Shown here piece by piece: positions 40,301 through 51,400 of a DNA stretch of 64,000 nt. The notes beneath the pieces are model-generated. The model had not been told where the DNA came from, ran no database searches, and worked only from the letters and a program-made list of their open reading frames with translations. Positions within the stretch are counted from its first letter, which is position 1; every line of letters starts with the position of its first letter. Origin of the DNA: a virus (Duplodnaviria > Caudoviricetes); IMG/VR virus record IMGVR_UViG_3300013383_000004, positions 32,756 to 96,755 of that record. One strand, written 5' to 3'. The position numbers were made by a program, and so were the translations under genes.

Positions 40301-41567
40301 TGAGTTATTTAATGAGCTAACTTCTGTAAAATACTCTGATAGAAGACAAGCTATTAATAAGTTAGTTCAATTACTTAATTTAAATTCAGAAGGAGATAAT
40401 ATTCTTATAGGTAAAGAAGATTCTCCTACTATTAGTACAGTTAAAGGAGGGACAGTATTAAGGACTTTTAATTTAAAAGACCCTAATTTTAGTAGGATAG
40501 ATTTAATAAGTGCTATAGAAGAGTTAAATCCTAGAGTTAATATTACCTTATCTACTTTAAGTGATCCTGTACAATTAAGAATGTATGCAGAAGCAGGGGC
40601 CTTAAATACTGATATAGCCAAACTAAATACCTCCAATGCTAGTTATACAGTATATGCTATGGATGGTAATGGCAATCCTATTAAAACTACTCCTGTGGAG
40701 AACCATTCTACAAATTTGAAAACTAATAGTGACTTAGAAAAGGCTGATTATAAGAAAAAGCATTCTGTATATTATAAAGGATTACAATATAGAGAGAAAA
40801 AAGGTAAGTGGTATGATGTAAATTGGAAAGAAGTAAAAGACCCTGTATTACTTAATCAAATAAAATGGAGTAGTTATATTAGAGCAAATGATTTATCTCC
40901 TGATATGGTTAGCAATGATAAATATGGTAATAAAGAAGTTAAATACTATATTATTGACTCTAATAAATCTACTGCTAAAGTACTTAAAGTATTCAAAAGT
41001 GGAGCTATTGCAGAATTAAGTATTGAGGAATCAAGAGCAGCAATTGATATTATAGAGAAAAAAGAAACTAAAGCAAATCAAGAAAGGATAGCAAAAGAAG
41101 AAAAAGAAAGGATAGAAAAAGAGAGCTCATCGCTTAATCCTATTAAACAAGTAGAGAATGATGAAATTGTAGACTTAGGAGAAACTCTAACAGAAGAACA
41201 ACTTTTAAATCAAAGTAGAGGAGACTTTTCATCTCTTGCTAATTCACAGGAAAGTAATTTAAGGAGCAAGGATAAAGAAACTCAAACTGATACTTCTAAA
41301 CAACCCACACCTACTAATGAGGATATTAATAAAACAGGGCATTTATCATTAGCTAGTTTAAAGGCAAGTAGTGATGCAGAGCCTACAAATGCTTCTTCTA
41401 TTCTAAAACATAGAAAATATAGCAAAAGAGTGAGAGAAATATTAAGAAAGAAAGGGTTTAAAGGAAAGCCTTCTGAAGTAGAGGCATGGTTAAAGCAGCA
41501 CAATATGCCAATTGGTAATATAGAAGATGTAAATTCTTGGATTGATATGTTAGAAAATTGTAGATAA
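34338..41567 (+). CDS. giant virion cargo protein (2409 aa)
   Basis: Uninterrupted ORF; A/G-rich hydrophobic stretches then long coiled coils; last gene of the + operon. Confidence 0.7.
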   Translation: MYLRGLKGLSGINALSGKEYSQWYNKYKGVTLDQLDRIYKNNQFVKKYGRAAFDSYDANQRDEILRKGFINEAIVDTYSPYTNKKGVNGRYIIDPNKGVGDESIFQRISLMDDDSKLSLLRSGWKTTPQINTFLKEEQKKRQKINNSVYTALAPHTVLSLPSNDPAFDKRVVSDNNQIFEKIWANDLKKKEKELQPDIINYKNNVISKLNDTQVKTQFLKAITPEKGKNVGNSQFAAFFHDGKNIEDEVKNFSIDDMRNYLAKEAVFNERLGAGVTTDALNNYAKEYINDHQSLGTYTGLLAKDIGISVLSYSADKLNSFRLLYDLTQGDSNVWIDNQGNVVAPNKVKTAKDGSKYYINDDGESTKIKQTRMSVADLDYLGKDAQGNTRDALWNNQYWSDAEQYGTLDWDLQKQYKKLGASPYKVVYKPGDESDLFYETAKMLSFGIADVASTFIPVIGQSLGSAMQIAKASSAVSKAFNAIGKGVYYAGKAAQAVQPTMGAVAIGHAYGRGVFGEALSQNMQQLEESTYNHAQKNVLNSYNTNKKFKAQVDKDIQAEFRRLKTAQKTELKASGNSEGGYTDEELMDISKQTVFDSYINRGAKDIQNSDQYYDMVGQAAESASDGAMIASITDAAKYTIVNNFGYRKFLFNNSADRAASAFRRMKEYITEAKNGTLNFKSILDGNKLKTIGKMTAAQAWGGGWTNFTDEMQSWGGKQINQDRFSEYLKGAYNGEADDTTYGAMDAVASYIKGGRGALDLGTTWKAGLVGALGSITSFVPNPMAILNIRNSRGAREAWRKADNRGKIKMLLEHGIISNGIINNYYAKKQGEAQIQEQVNNLNKLLDEQENFSILRKAVALDLASIDATNQEDKNVLTFLKALNSISLLHQFQEDAGVGEQAGSKIKRWFKKRFGEQGNAIAEQSSILTKAMIELQELSQDNLSEDAAREYLTEYYAKHPTVEQSAENNEKALQEIYQNANTLLEAENTWQDVNSKLNEVEQERGVAISQDVRGVLLERAALDGFLAKRIGFNEKKISGREEVNSDRSFNAAVWGTKEAIEQQIVAIEKTQEEADKLIEDSKSKLDDATSRVKEFEESHDMDSLRKEDITDYNELISKRDAAKLQYEYSKNNKDILLSRKTKMETMSNDAQEAPVLSKEEILSLHPEDRARMLDDTNRSNYSKEQLEVIDNLKKELTLKDPSILQTIEDQAILMRHKDANASAYEMMLNNPEAAASEFEARDGIEGTINKNSNFVRVGDKINSYLGKLQTEERIDDGTKKAIVYRGIREYHPTLLNYLLKNYDKDKRLSNLSTYGEVIKKAIEWSKMTTDIDNALEQMNLDDSIKKAFRNNIDNLINEADSTNSAMEILKKVSESAEVSNEDQAKFKKLLNIINGVEEQKKSTKTESKEEKRAREKSQETQTKQEEKKVQDAEKEVEIKSSAKNGRTYWEAFKEVGFNEGEHAGFIENNPANKTAGVTSTLSHAQAEVVRRKTRNVFEDAANSDRQRLHDAVTSNAHATSANVNLLKYLYAALDAVKEGRMSADEAMAIVEYHLNAEDSTHKEFIANLHSQRSSQLVKETRNTQEATEVTAKEKSNEENAQEAYQETERERSNEKNAQEVYTETEQERSNQEEAEKQIKTYNQTEEEVIKEEEAKKQVKEGLDHSSETVDLESPNWKEQVEQAKKEGYKVEEGLVAKDTPDTTDQGNIVADTTDNMLGNTMYGYDVTSLKEDAKEVERTGKDPNDTMSKFFNWFKNAGIKLQEIIDNELKDIVKANNKIEVLYINPQKNATDDAALKKFTLLCVEYTDAVKKVHKEDRGGVITANGKKYLIIGSLGFNKFNRAQGDAYRSALALGKERFEYFKQNPSERFYVSPIGHTEIEQMTSGRIVREMIGDKETKVRPITELLSDAKRNPKGLKLEDLKWGIMYEDGLHYVNISERNTVYPPRDTQSNLGAVFLLMEAANGNYIPVAIAPTMLSDLHEGSLKSQLNELFNELTSVKYSDRRQAINKLVQLLNLNSEGDNILIGKEDSPTISTVKGGTVLRTFNLKDPNFSRIDLISAIEELNPRVNITLSTLSDPVQLRMYAEAGALNTDIAKLNTSNASYTVYAMDGNGNPIKTTPVENHSTNLKTNSDLEKADYKKKHSVYYKGLQYREKKGKWYDVNWKEVKDPVLLNQIKWSSYIRANDLSPDMVSNDKYGNKEVKYYIIDSNKSTAKVLKVFKSGAIAELSIEESRAAIDIIEKKETKANQERIAKEEKERIEKESSSLNPIKQVENDEIVDLGETLTEEQLLNQSRGDFSSLANSQESNLRSKDKETQTDTSKQPTPTNEDINKTGHLSLASLKASSDAEPTNASSILKHRKYSKRVREILRKKGFKGKPSEVEAWLKQHNMPIGNIEDVNSWIDMLENCR
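39108..39236 (+). repeat. degenerate 51-bp (17-aa) tandem repeat, about 2.5 copies
   Basis: EKSNEENAQEAYQETER / ERSNEKNAQEVYTETEQ / ERSNQEEAE. Confidence 0.7.
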
Positions 41568-41572
41568 AAAAG

Positions 41573-41602
41573 AAAGCCAGCAGGAAAATTCCTGTTGGCT
41601 TT
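41573..41602. terminator. bidirectional terminator between convergent operons
   Basis: AAAGCCAGCAGGA-AAAT-TCCTGTTGGCTTT with A-run on the left and T-run on the right. Confidence 0.8.
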
Positions 41603-41612
41603 TATTATGTTA

Positions 41613-44600
41613 TTACTTTTGTAGATTATTTTTTTCAAATATTTTAAACACACTATCATCAGTGCCCATCTCACTTAATTGTTCAATTTGACCATAGAAA
41701 GGAATTAGGTATTTTTTAATATTTCTAAAGTATCTATTCTCTCCTTTATGTTTTCCCGATTTAATTTCTTCATCAATATCTCCTATACCAACAATAGGAT
41801 ATAAAAATGAGTTAACTGTATTAGTAGCAGCTATAGGACTATTAATTAAAGTAGTAGCTTCCAAAGGTATTCCTATAGGTGTAGACCCATTAACATCTGT
41901 TATAGCTCTTTTTGTTTGATATATCCACATTCTCATCCACCATTCTTTTTTATGATCTTCTGGTTCTCCAAGAGCAAAAGAAAGAGTAAGAAGACTGCTT
42001 AAAACAACTAATTCTGAGAGTGCTCTTTTAACATTAGCTTTCTGCATGGTATTCATATCTTTCCAATGTATCATTGATTCTCTTTGAAATCTAAATATAT
42101 CCCCTACTAAAGCATATACGAATTTAGCTGAAGTATTATAAAATCCCTCTCTAAATTCTCCTAAAGTAGCATCATAATGAGAGCTTCTATATCTTCTAGA
42201 GTAATGTTCTACCATCCATTGCCTTAGGTTCATAACAAATCTTCCTACCATATGTTGATGGATTAACCCTTTGTCTTCTTCATTCATTGCTCCATGCATA
42301 GTTTGATTGGTATATCTAATTCTCTTTCTAATTTTCTCTATAAAAGCATCATCAATAGGCACTTCCTTACCCTCATCATTAGTATAAGTAGCATCTTTAT
42401 TAATAATCAATTCTGAGTTACCGTCTGATTTATTTCCTATTGAGAATACATCATACAAAGATTTAGTTTTTCCATTTATTTTAACTTTAGTATTATGTAG
42501 TATGGCATACATAGTTACAAAATGAATCATATGTTCTCCCATACCATAGCCTATAAATGAAAAATCCTTTCCTAAAAGATGTCTTAAAGGACCTCTATAA
42601 TATCTTTGATGTGCTTTTGATTCAAAATTATCATTAAGAGGATCAAACATTTGAGACAGCAATACTGGTTTACTATTAGTGTTATTAGTCATAAAGTCCA
42701 TTATTCTGCCTACTGATCTTATAGTATTATCCCCAAATACCATAGCATTTGCCCATATATAATCAACAGGATTAAAGAACTCTGCTGCTCCAGATTCTAT
42801 CAGCATTTGCAATTCTCCTACAGTATAATTAGAAATCATGCCTTTTACATTCACAGCCAAGCTCTTTAAGGAGGTGTAAGCCAATAAATTTCTTAGAAAA
42901 ATATGATACTTTCCGGGATTCTTAATTGATACCCCATAGATAAATTTATCTATAAAACCGTCAACAATACCAATAGTATTAGAGTTACTGGCAAAGTCTC
43001 TTAATTGTTTATATATTTTAATACCAGCATCTTCTACTTTGTCTACTTTCTTATTACCATTCCCAGCAGACACTTCTTGATTTTTAATATAATCAGCCAT
43101 AAATTCAACAGTATCTTTAATATTGTTAATAGCTTCATAATTTATTGCAGTACCTGCTAAATGTTGAATAGCACTTGAGAAATCCTTTAGCAACTCTTCT
43201 TTATCTTTAAGTTTATTGATATAAAATATGGGTATTTGTCTAAATGGTGTATTGTCTAATTCTCCACTAGTAATATTATAATTTTCTCCATTAATTATAC
43301 CATTATTAGCATATCTTTCATCATCCTCTCTTATAGTAGTATAGTCTTTAAATTTATTTCTAAAGGCTTTTATTAATCCTCTGATACTTCCCTTTTTGAT
43401 AGAAGCACTCAATGCGTCTATAAAAGATCTTCTTATTTGAGGTGGAATATATTGTTTCTGTGCATAACTAGGAAGCAGTGTCCCTAATTCTCCTTTTATT
43501 TGCATCATTGTACTATAATATTCCTGTTGTTCAGGAGATAGTGTAGGAAACTCTTTTCTATAATTATTATTAGGAACTCTTTCAGTTCTTCCCGAATTAT
43601 AATCCACCACTCTATTTTCAGTATTAGCAGCTTCCCAATCTTTTAGAGCCTCACTTAAGGAAAGGCCCTTGTATCCTTGTTTTTGAAGTCTCTTTTTTTG
43701 TTTAGCTTTAGCTTTATTATAAGTATCCCAATCAATATCACTTATAATATAACCATTATCCTCATACATAAAATCATTTCTAAATCCTGCTTTTTTAAGT
43801 TTATTCTCTGCCCTTCTTATCCTTAAAGAAATATTATTTATTTTAGCATCTCTTGAAGATTGAGCATCTCTTACAATATTACCCATAGTAGCAATTAAAG
43901 GATTAGAAACTCTTCCTATACTATATAGATAATCAAAGATAGTAGAATCTTTTTCAGCCATTTCAACTATATTAACTATTGCTTCTCCATTAGATAATTT
44001 ATCTCCTAAATACTCAATAGCTATATTAGTCATTGTTTCCTTTCTTAACTCTTTTATAGTAGTATCATATTTATTAAAAAAGTTTAGTAATTTAGTAGCT
44101 TGAGTTTTAATATTCTGAATATCAGCATCACTTAATTTCTCATCCATAACTAGGCTATCTATATTAGATAATGCCATAAGAATATTTCTATAACCTTCAG
44201 TAGTAGCTTTAATCTGCATTAAAGTTTTAGCTATTGCTGAAGATCTTTCTAAAGTAGCACCTGTCTGAGGAGTATTTATTAATAACTTTTCTAATCCTCT
44301 AATTTGAGTAGCTGCTTCACTAAGAAATCCTAAAATTCCTGCATAATATTTGTTTCTATTAATTTCTTTTACAAGAGTTCTCAATGCTTTTTCCATTGAA
44401 TCAACCTCTGGTGTAAATCCTTGTTCAGCTCTTAGTTTTTTTAATTGTCTTTGTAAAGTAATAGCAGCATTAGAGGCAGCTTGAGATAAACTTCTAATAT
44501 TATTACCAATTAATAATATCTCATTAAAATCTAAGTTATATTTTTTATTTAATGCTTTTAAAGTATCTCTTATCTTTACTTCTTCCACATCACTAAAGGA

Positions 44601-45455
44601 AGTATCTACTTTGTTTAATTGATTTAAAATATCATTAAGATTTAACCCATTAAATTTTTTACAATTATTTAATGCTGCATCTATTAATCTATACTGAGCA
44701 TCAGTTACTCCACCACTTCTATAGCAATCATATATTTTTTGAGCAACTTCATCTAATGAGCCAAACATTTGTTTAAGCCTCTTTACTTGAGAAGAGCTTT
44801 CGTTAAATACTAAAAGATCTTTTATTTCATTTCTATCAAGATACTTATTACTAGTATTCTGAACATTGATCATTTGTTTAGCAGCATTCTTAGCATTAGT
44901 AGCATTAAATACTGCTTTGTTAAGATCTGCATTTTCAATATCTATCCCTATAGAATTAATTGCCTGTCTCAGTATATCCCACTGTTGTAGTTGTTTAGAT
45001 ACTTGAGCATCTCTTATTTGAGTTCTAGAGTTTTTCTCTTCTACAACTATATTAAACTTACTACCTTTTGAATATACAGCAGCTACAGTACCTTTGCTAT
45101 TAGAGTTATGTTGCTCTGCTATTTCCAAAGCTTTTTTAGCATCAGTATAATTAATAGGGTTTCCTGAAGCATCAATAGCTCCTATTCTCTTAGAAGTCTC
45201 ATATACCTTCCCCTCTGTAGATTCTCTCATATAATTCATTACATCAAGATATTTTTCTACATCAGTACTACTATGTTCATTCTGTTCATTCCTCTTATAG
45301 CCTAATCTATCCATCTCAGCAGCTACCTCTGGTTGGAGGTAGACTGCATAGATGTAATTAGTTTTAGGCCTATTTCCTATAAGTTTTAATAAATCCTTGT
45401 AAAGTTTACTAGGTTTATCATTAATCATAGGATATAATATACACGAATTAGCCAT
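41613..45455 (-). CDS. large virion protein adjacent to RNAP (1280 aa)
   Basis: Starts immediately after the RNAP stop; SC...P..N..PSKLYKDLL N-terminus; helical. Confidence 0.7.
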   Translation of the reverse strand: MANSCILYPMINDKPSKLYKDLLKLIGNRPKTNYIYAVYLQPEVAAEMDRLGYKRNEQNEHSSTDVEKYLDVMNYMRESTEGKVYETSKRIGAIDASGNPINYTDAKKALEIAEQHNSNSKGTVAAVYSKGSKFNIVVEEKNSRTQIRDAQVSKQLQQWDILRQAINSIGIDIENADLNKAVFNATNAKNAAKQMINVQNTSNKYLDRNEIKDLLVFNESSSQVKRLKQMFGSLDEVAQKIYDCYRSGGVTDAQYRLIDAALNNCKKFNGLNLNDILNQLNKVDTSFSDVEEVKIRDTLKALNKKYNLDFNEILLIGNNIRSLSQAASNAAITLQRQLKKLRAEQGFTPEVDSMEKALRTLVKEINRNKYYAGILGFLSEAATQIRGLEKLLINTPQTGATLERSSAIAKTLMQIKATTEGYRNILMALSNIDSLVMDEKLSDADIQNIKTQATKLLNFFNKYDTTIKELRKETMTNIAIEYLGDKLSNGEAIVNIVEMAEKDSTIFDYLYSIGRVSNPLIATMGNIVRDAQSSRDAKINNISLRIRRAENKLKKAGFRNDFMYEDNGYIISDIDWDTYNKAKAKQKKRLQKQGYKGLSLSEALKDWEAANTENRVVDYNSGRTERVPNNNYRKEFPTLSPEQQEYYSTMMQIKGELGTLLPSYAQKQYIPPQIRRSFIDALSASIKKGSIRGLIKAFRNKFKDYTTIREDDERYANNGIINGENYNITSGELDNTPFRQIPIFYINKLKDKEELLKDFSSAIQHLAGTAINYEAINNIKDTVEFMADYIKNQEVSAGNGNKKVDKVEDAGIKIYKQLRDFASNSNTIGIVDGFIDKFIYGVSIKNPGKYHIFLRNLLAYTSLKSLAVNVKGMISNYTVGELQMLIESGAAEFFNPVDYIWANAMVFGDNTIRSVGRIMDFMTNNTNSKPVLLSQMFDPLNDNFESKAHQRYYRGPLRHLLGKDFSFIGYGMGEHMIHFVTMYAILHNTKVKINGKTKSLYDVFSIGNKSDGNSELIINKDATYTNDEGKEVPIDDAFIEKIRKRIRYTNQTMHGAMNEEDKGLIHQHMVGRFVMNLRQWMVEHYSRRYRSSHYDATLGEFREGFYNTSAKFVYALVGDIFRFQRESMIHWKDMNTMQKANVKRALSELVVLSSLLTLSFALGEPEDHKKEWWMRMWIYQTKRAITDVNGSTPIGIPLEATTLINSPIAATNTVNSFLYPIVGIGDIDEEIKSGKHKGENRYFRNIKKYLIPFYGQIEQLSEMGTDDSVFKIFEKNNLQK

Positions 45456-48400
45456 TTAACAAAACTTTTTATATTCTTTATTTATTAACTCTTCATTAAA
45501 TTTAATACCCAAATCATTAAGTCTTTTCTTCATAAAATTTTTGACTTGTGATTCATAAGCTTTTTTATCACTTTCACTTTTATTCTTATAGTTTTGAATA
45601 GTTTTTTCAGCATCTTCATAAGTTCTACCATTCATCATGTAAATTCTATGTAGTAAATCTATCTGTTCTTGATTACTCATAGTAGAATTATCTGACTTTG
45701 CCTCTTCATTAACCAAAGAATTTTGAACTTCTGATTCTGTATTATCTTCTAATGTCTTAGTAGTAATTTCAAGAGGTTTCTTTATATCATTAGTACTAAT
45801 TTCTAGATAATCATGATTACTTCCCAAAGGACTAATTTCTTTGTATTCAATAGCATTATCTTTTAACAAGACTTGTTGATACAGTTTATAACCATCTTTT
45901 ACTTTCATTTTAAAATAAGGGGTATTCTGTAATTCTGTCACTTCCCCTTCTTTATAAACCTCAAAATTTCCATTTTCAAGTTTTGCCATTGTAGCCTTTT
46001 TTATAGGAACAAGTTTATTATTATCCCAGTTATTCCTAATAAACTGGTCCATAACTACTTCTGGAGAAGTGGTAGGAAGTACTCTAAAAGTATCAGTATA
46101 CCCGTCAATTCTTTCTTTAACGTATACAGGAACTAAGCTCATAAAGGATTTAGGAGAAAATCCTAATCCTGCCCTAAAGAAACAATATTTAAAGAGTTGC
46201 TTAGACAGCTCTGGATTCTCCTTATGTAAGTCAATCCAAGCGTTACCTAGTTTCTCTTTTTGAGCAGTATCAAGACCTGTAATTTCTATTTGAAGGGTTG
46301 CTCTTCCTGTCTTATCAGTACCATACTTAATAGATTGAATTAAGAAATTATCTTTATATTTTTTCTTATAGTCTTTCTTCATAAATTCTATAGGAAATTC
46401 TGAAATAGTTCTACTTAATTCCTTAGCATCTATTACATTTCCTGCAACAGCTAAATAAGACTGGTAAAAATCACTTAGACTACTAAGAATTTTTCTATCA
46501 TTAAGTATAGTGTTACCTAAAGGGGTTTCTCCAATATAATCAATAATATTCCTAAATCCTGTACTGTTAGCAGGCATATTACTAAATATTTCTCTAGCTA
46601 ATCCTAAAGTTCTATTAAATTGTTTTAATATAGGATGAGCATTAAAAATATCCATAATGCTAACTTCTTCTCCATAAGAATCAAGAATATTACTTTCTGA
46701 AGAGAGTTTATTTAACTTATATTCAGTAATGAGATTATCAACAATTAATGGGCCTACAGCACTACTAATAGAATTAAATCTAGTAGCAAAAGTAGGCATT
46801 CTCATGGCATCTGCTAATCTTTGAAAATTTCTAAATGCTTTAAGAGTTTTATACTCAATCCTTACATCATCAGATTTTAAGCCTTCAATTAATTGTTCTT
46901 TGGTTAAACCTTCCTCATTTAATACACTGTCTTCATTAATATCATGCTCTTTTTCTATTTCATTAATTCTTTCTTCTATCACCTTACTTAGAGAAGTAAA
47001 TCCTGTAATATTCTCACTACTAAATCTTTTAAGAATATCAGATACAGCTCTTTGAGATAAGAAAAGTGCAGCATCATCAAAAGGCATACCCATTCTTATA
47101 AGAGTATTAAGTATATTAGCAGTACTACTATTAATGTTCATTAAATTAAGTACAGGATCTTTAACAGCATCAGCAGCACTAGCAACTAAACTACCAAGCA
47201 CTTTACCTATAGATTGCCCTGTACTGTCTATCCTACCATCAATACTCATATTACTACCAAAGGTCATTCCTGCTACAGTAAATGGTTTTTCAATCATGCA
47301 AGCATTATCTACATTTACCATATAACCTTCATTTTCTATAACAGCATGAGCAATTCTATTAACTGCAAATATACCAATAAGAGAGCTGGCTGCACTGTTT
47401 TGTTTGTAAAACTGTACATGAGTATCTATGAACATAAGATTTTTATTTTTATTGCTTAAATCTTTCAGTTCATCAGTTGACATCTTACTTAATTCCTCGT
47501 AACTTTTATCTGTAGTTTTATATGCAGTTACAAGATAACCCATTCTTTTTTGAGGTTCAAAGCCTCCAGGATTTAGCATCTCAGCACAACTAGTTTCATG
47601 TGTTAATACTTCATAGGTCATGTCAACAATCTTATTGTTTCTATATATCCTTCCTTCTGTAGGCTTATTTACAGTAAAAGCATTTTGAATATATAATTTA
47701 AGAAGTCTATCATATGCACTACTAGGCATTGACATAAATCCTTGTGCAGCCCTTTGAGTCATGTATGTTTTATCAAAAGGATTATCAAGAAACATTTCAA
47801 TTAGTTCACTAAGTTGCTTTTTTGATTCATAACTTATTTCCTTACTTTGAGAGTTAGTTAAATCATCATAAAGTATCTTATGAAGGTTAGATCTACTGGT
47901 TTTTGTTCTAGAAATATCATAATCTTTTCTCATAAGATACATTTTGTCTACCATTTATACTTTATATTACTATAAAGATTAGACTATATCTTTACAAATA
48001 AATTGCAATGTGTATTTCCACATTTAAGTGTACTCACAGAGTTCTTCTTCTCCGTGTTAAATCATAAGTAATCTTATGTAACATAGATGGTACTTGTATT
48101 ACATAAGGTTTAACAATATCAATGAATTTTAATCCTTCTTTAGTACCACAACATAAAGAGTAACTATCTTCTTTTTTACCTTCATGGTACATATAAAAGT
48201 TTATATCCCACTGCTCTTTAAAGTAATTTATTATTGTTTGAACTTCTTGTTTAGGTTCACAAATACTTATTTTAATATAGAGACCACAAGGTCTTCCTTT
48301 GTCCTTTCTAATATTAATATGCCCATCATCCATATACCATATAGCTATCTCTCTAGCACTTAATCTATTTAAAAGCTTTCTATTACCAATTATCTTTTTT

Positions 48401-51400
48401 CCTTTATAAACTACTCTTCTAAGTACTTTAATAAAAGGAATTGTATTAAGCTGAGTATAATAAACAGGAACTCCTATATTAAATCCTTTAGTTTTTATAT
48501 AAGAATTAAGTCCATTATTTCTTATACCACAATTCTTTAATTGGTTAATTTTCCACTCTAGATAGTCTTTCTGTGCTTCACAATGAGCTATCTTGAATAC
48601 GTTGTTATTGCATATTGTTCCATCACCTAAAAGTAATCCAATTAATAAATTTCTACTTTCTTTGTTAAACTTTGTTTTCATAACGAGAATCCGTATGTTT
48701 AAATTATGATTTAATTAGTCGTTGAACCTTTTAGCATTTCAGCTAACTTGGCTGCTGATAACCCTTAGCATTACCTATTAGGGCTTCCCAGCAATTAACA
48801 CATTTTTACTTCAACATAGAATTTATCGAAATCACTACCTGTAAGCAATGTAATATCATTAGGAAGCATAATACCATCTCCTGCCTCTCTTGGCAAGAAT
48901 CCTACAATTTTCACAGGGGCCATTGAATACTTTGCTTCAGTAGGGATTCTATAACTAACCATCTTTAATAAGTCTGGATCAAGAGCTTCTATAGCTTCTA
49001 TACTAATATTACCATCTTTATCAGTGAATTGATTAAATAAATCATTAGTATAAATAGGAGCAAATGCTTCAAAGTAAGCAATACCTCCTTGATGTTCTTT
49101 TAAATATTCCTTATAAGATAGTGTGTTACTATTATTCTTTACCCCTTTATATTTAGCATTAAATTTATCAGATTGTGAAAGTTCTCTTTTAATAGGACTT
49201 TTCTCATACTCTTTTCTTGTTTTTAAGAGTCCTCCATTCTTATCTTTAAATCTAATATTAAGCTGTCTTGAAGTTCCAAAGTTAGTGACTTGTACAACAG
49301 GACCACCAGCTATTTCTTGTTTATTAACTCTGTTTTTAATTATAGAGTTGATAAGTTGTTCAATTCTCTTACTTTGAATTGGATCTCCAAGAGGTATTCT
49401 AAATCTTCCATCGGCATCAACAGAACAAGCCTGAAGCAAATCTATTCCATATCTAGGGCTAGATAGTATTTCTCTTTGTAGTATTTTACTTATAGCAATA
49501 TTTCTATCTTTAGCACTATAACTATCTAAATTAAGAGTTTCACTTAGTTCTGATATACTATTTTCAATATTATCAGCTATAGTTTGTTCATACTCTTTTT
49601 TAAACTCTTCAGCAGATAGTTTTTTACCTTCAACCTCATAAGTCACATCATTACCAAAACTATCTTTAGTAGCTAACTCAGAAGGTATAATATATCTAAT
49701 TTGAGAACCATGGGATTGCTCATGATCTTTAAAATGTTCCGGAACTTCTTGTTGTAAGCAATAGTCTTCAAAAGGTAATTCATGAACATAGGTTTGATTA
49801 TAATTTCCTGTTCTACTATTGATAATAGTTTCTTCGGTCTTGCCTGTTTCTGAATTAGTTGTTTGTATTGTTTTAGGAGATGTTTCATATAAACAAGCTT
49901 CTAATACAGCTTTTGCTTTAGCTTCCCCATTGGCATCATTAGCATACTTATTAATATTAATTCTACCCATCAAACCTGATTTTACAGTAGATTCAAATTG
50001 AACAGTATCAATACCATCTTTTTTGTAATTGCCATTCTCATCATAATGACTTTCTTCCATTACTTCGTAAATAGCTCTAAGAAGATTGGGCTTTCCTGTA
50101 TATTCATTTTGGAGAATAGCATCAGCCATTATAAGAAGGTATTCAGAATTTTTATTTTGCACTCCCATCTTTATAGTACTAAGAGGAGCATTAACAACAC
50201 CTGTTGGTTTTGATATTTGACTATATACAAAAGGCTTTAATGGTTGAAAAGCTATGCTTAAATCACTGTAGTTATAATTTCCTTTTCTTAGTTTTTGATA
50301 TACTTCTTCTGCTTTTTTATCCCACTTACCAAAGATAAAAGCCTTCTTTCTATAGGAAGTAGGACAAGAATATCCTTGTGCATCTGCTACATTTATATGT
50401 CTAAATGCTCCATCTTTTCCTACAAGGGATTCCTTTAGTACTCTATATCCAGCTTTCTCTGACTCAGGAGCTTCTGCTATCTTTCTATCAAAAACAATAG
50501 ATACATTATCTATAATGTTGGAAACAAAGTTATCCCAATCTTTAAGATAACAAGTTCTTTCTTTTCCATCAGAAACCCTTCTCCCCTCATAGTCTACAGC
50601 TTCTACATTACCTCTGATACCGGGAGCATGAATTTGAGCTAATCTTTTTTGTAAATCTTCAGCATCTTTATAAAAAGCAATGTCTGTTATAGTCATCTCC
50701 ATAATATTCATTGCAGCAAAAGTATCATTCCATACAAAATTCTCAAGATTAGCTATGATCTCTTCTTCTGTTTTACCTATGTCTGTTATCTCTTTTACTC
50801 CTTCTATAAGACCAGAATCTACCCATTCTTTTACTATTTTAGAGGCTCTATTGTCCATAGCTTCAAATATAGCTTCATTAGCAAGGGAGTACAATCTATT
50901 TTCATCTACTTCTTTTCCATGAATTTTATCACTGATAAGTTTTCCTAATTCACTGTTTTTATGATCTCCTATAAGATAATCATTCATAAAATCAAGGAAA
51001 CAGAATTTTCTTCCATTAGAATCAAAATTCTTTATAAACCTAGGATCTTTTTTATCAAGGTTTCTCATTAAAACAGTTTGGATTCTACTTAGTTCTTGGT
51101 TAAATATATCCATTAAACCATTAGTAATAGTTTCTTTATAATTAGACCCCCTTTCACTATAGAATCTTATAAATTCAGAAGACGGCTTATTAGACATCAT
51201 AGGCACTCTAAACCATGCTGGGACTCTTGATTGTTTACTATTAGCACTTTCTGAGAAATATTCTGTTAATATAGAAAGTGTGTATTCCATATCATTCATA
51301 TTTCTCATATAGTTATGCTGATTGAAATTAAGTTGAACTTTATGCTTGAATACTTCTCTAGCTTTACTGTCTGTAGCTAAAGTTCTGAGCCAGCTGTTTC

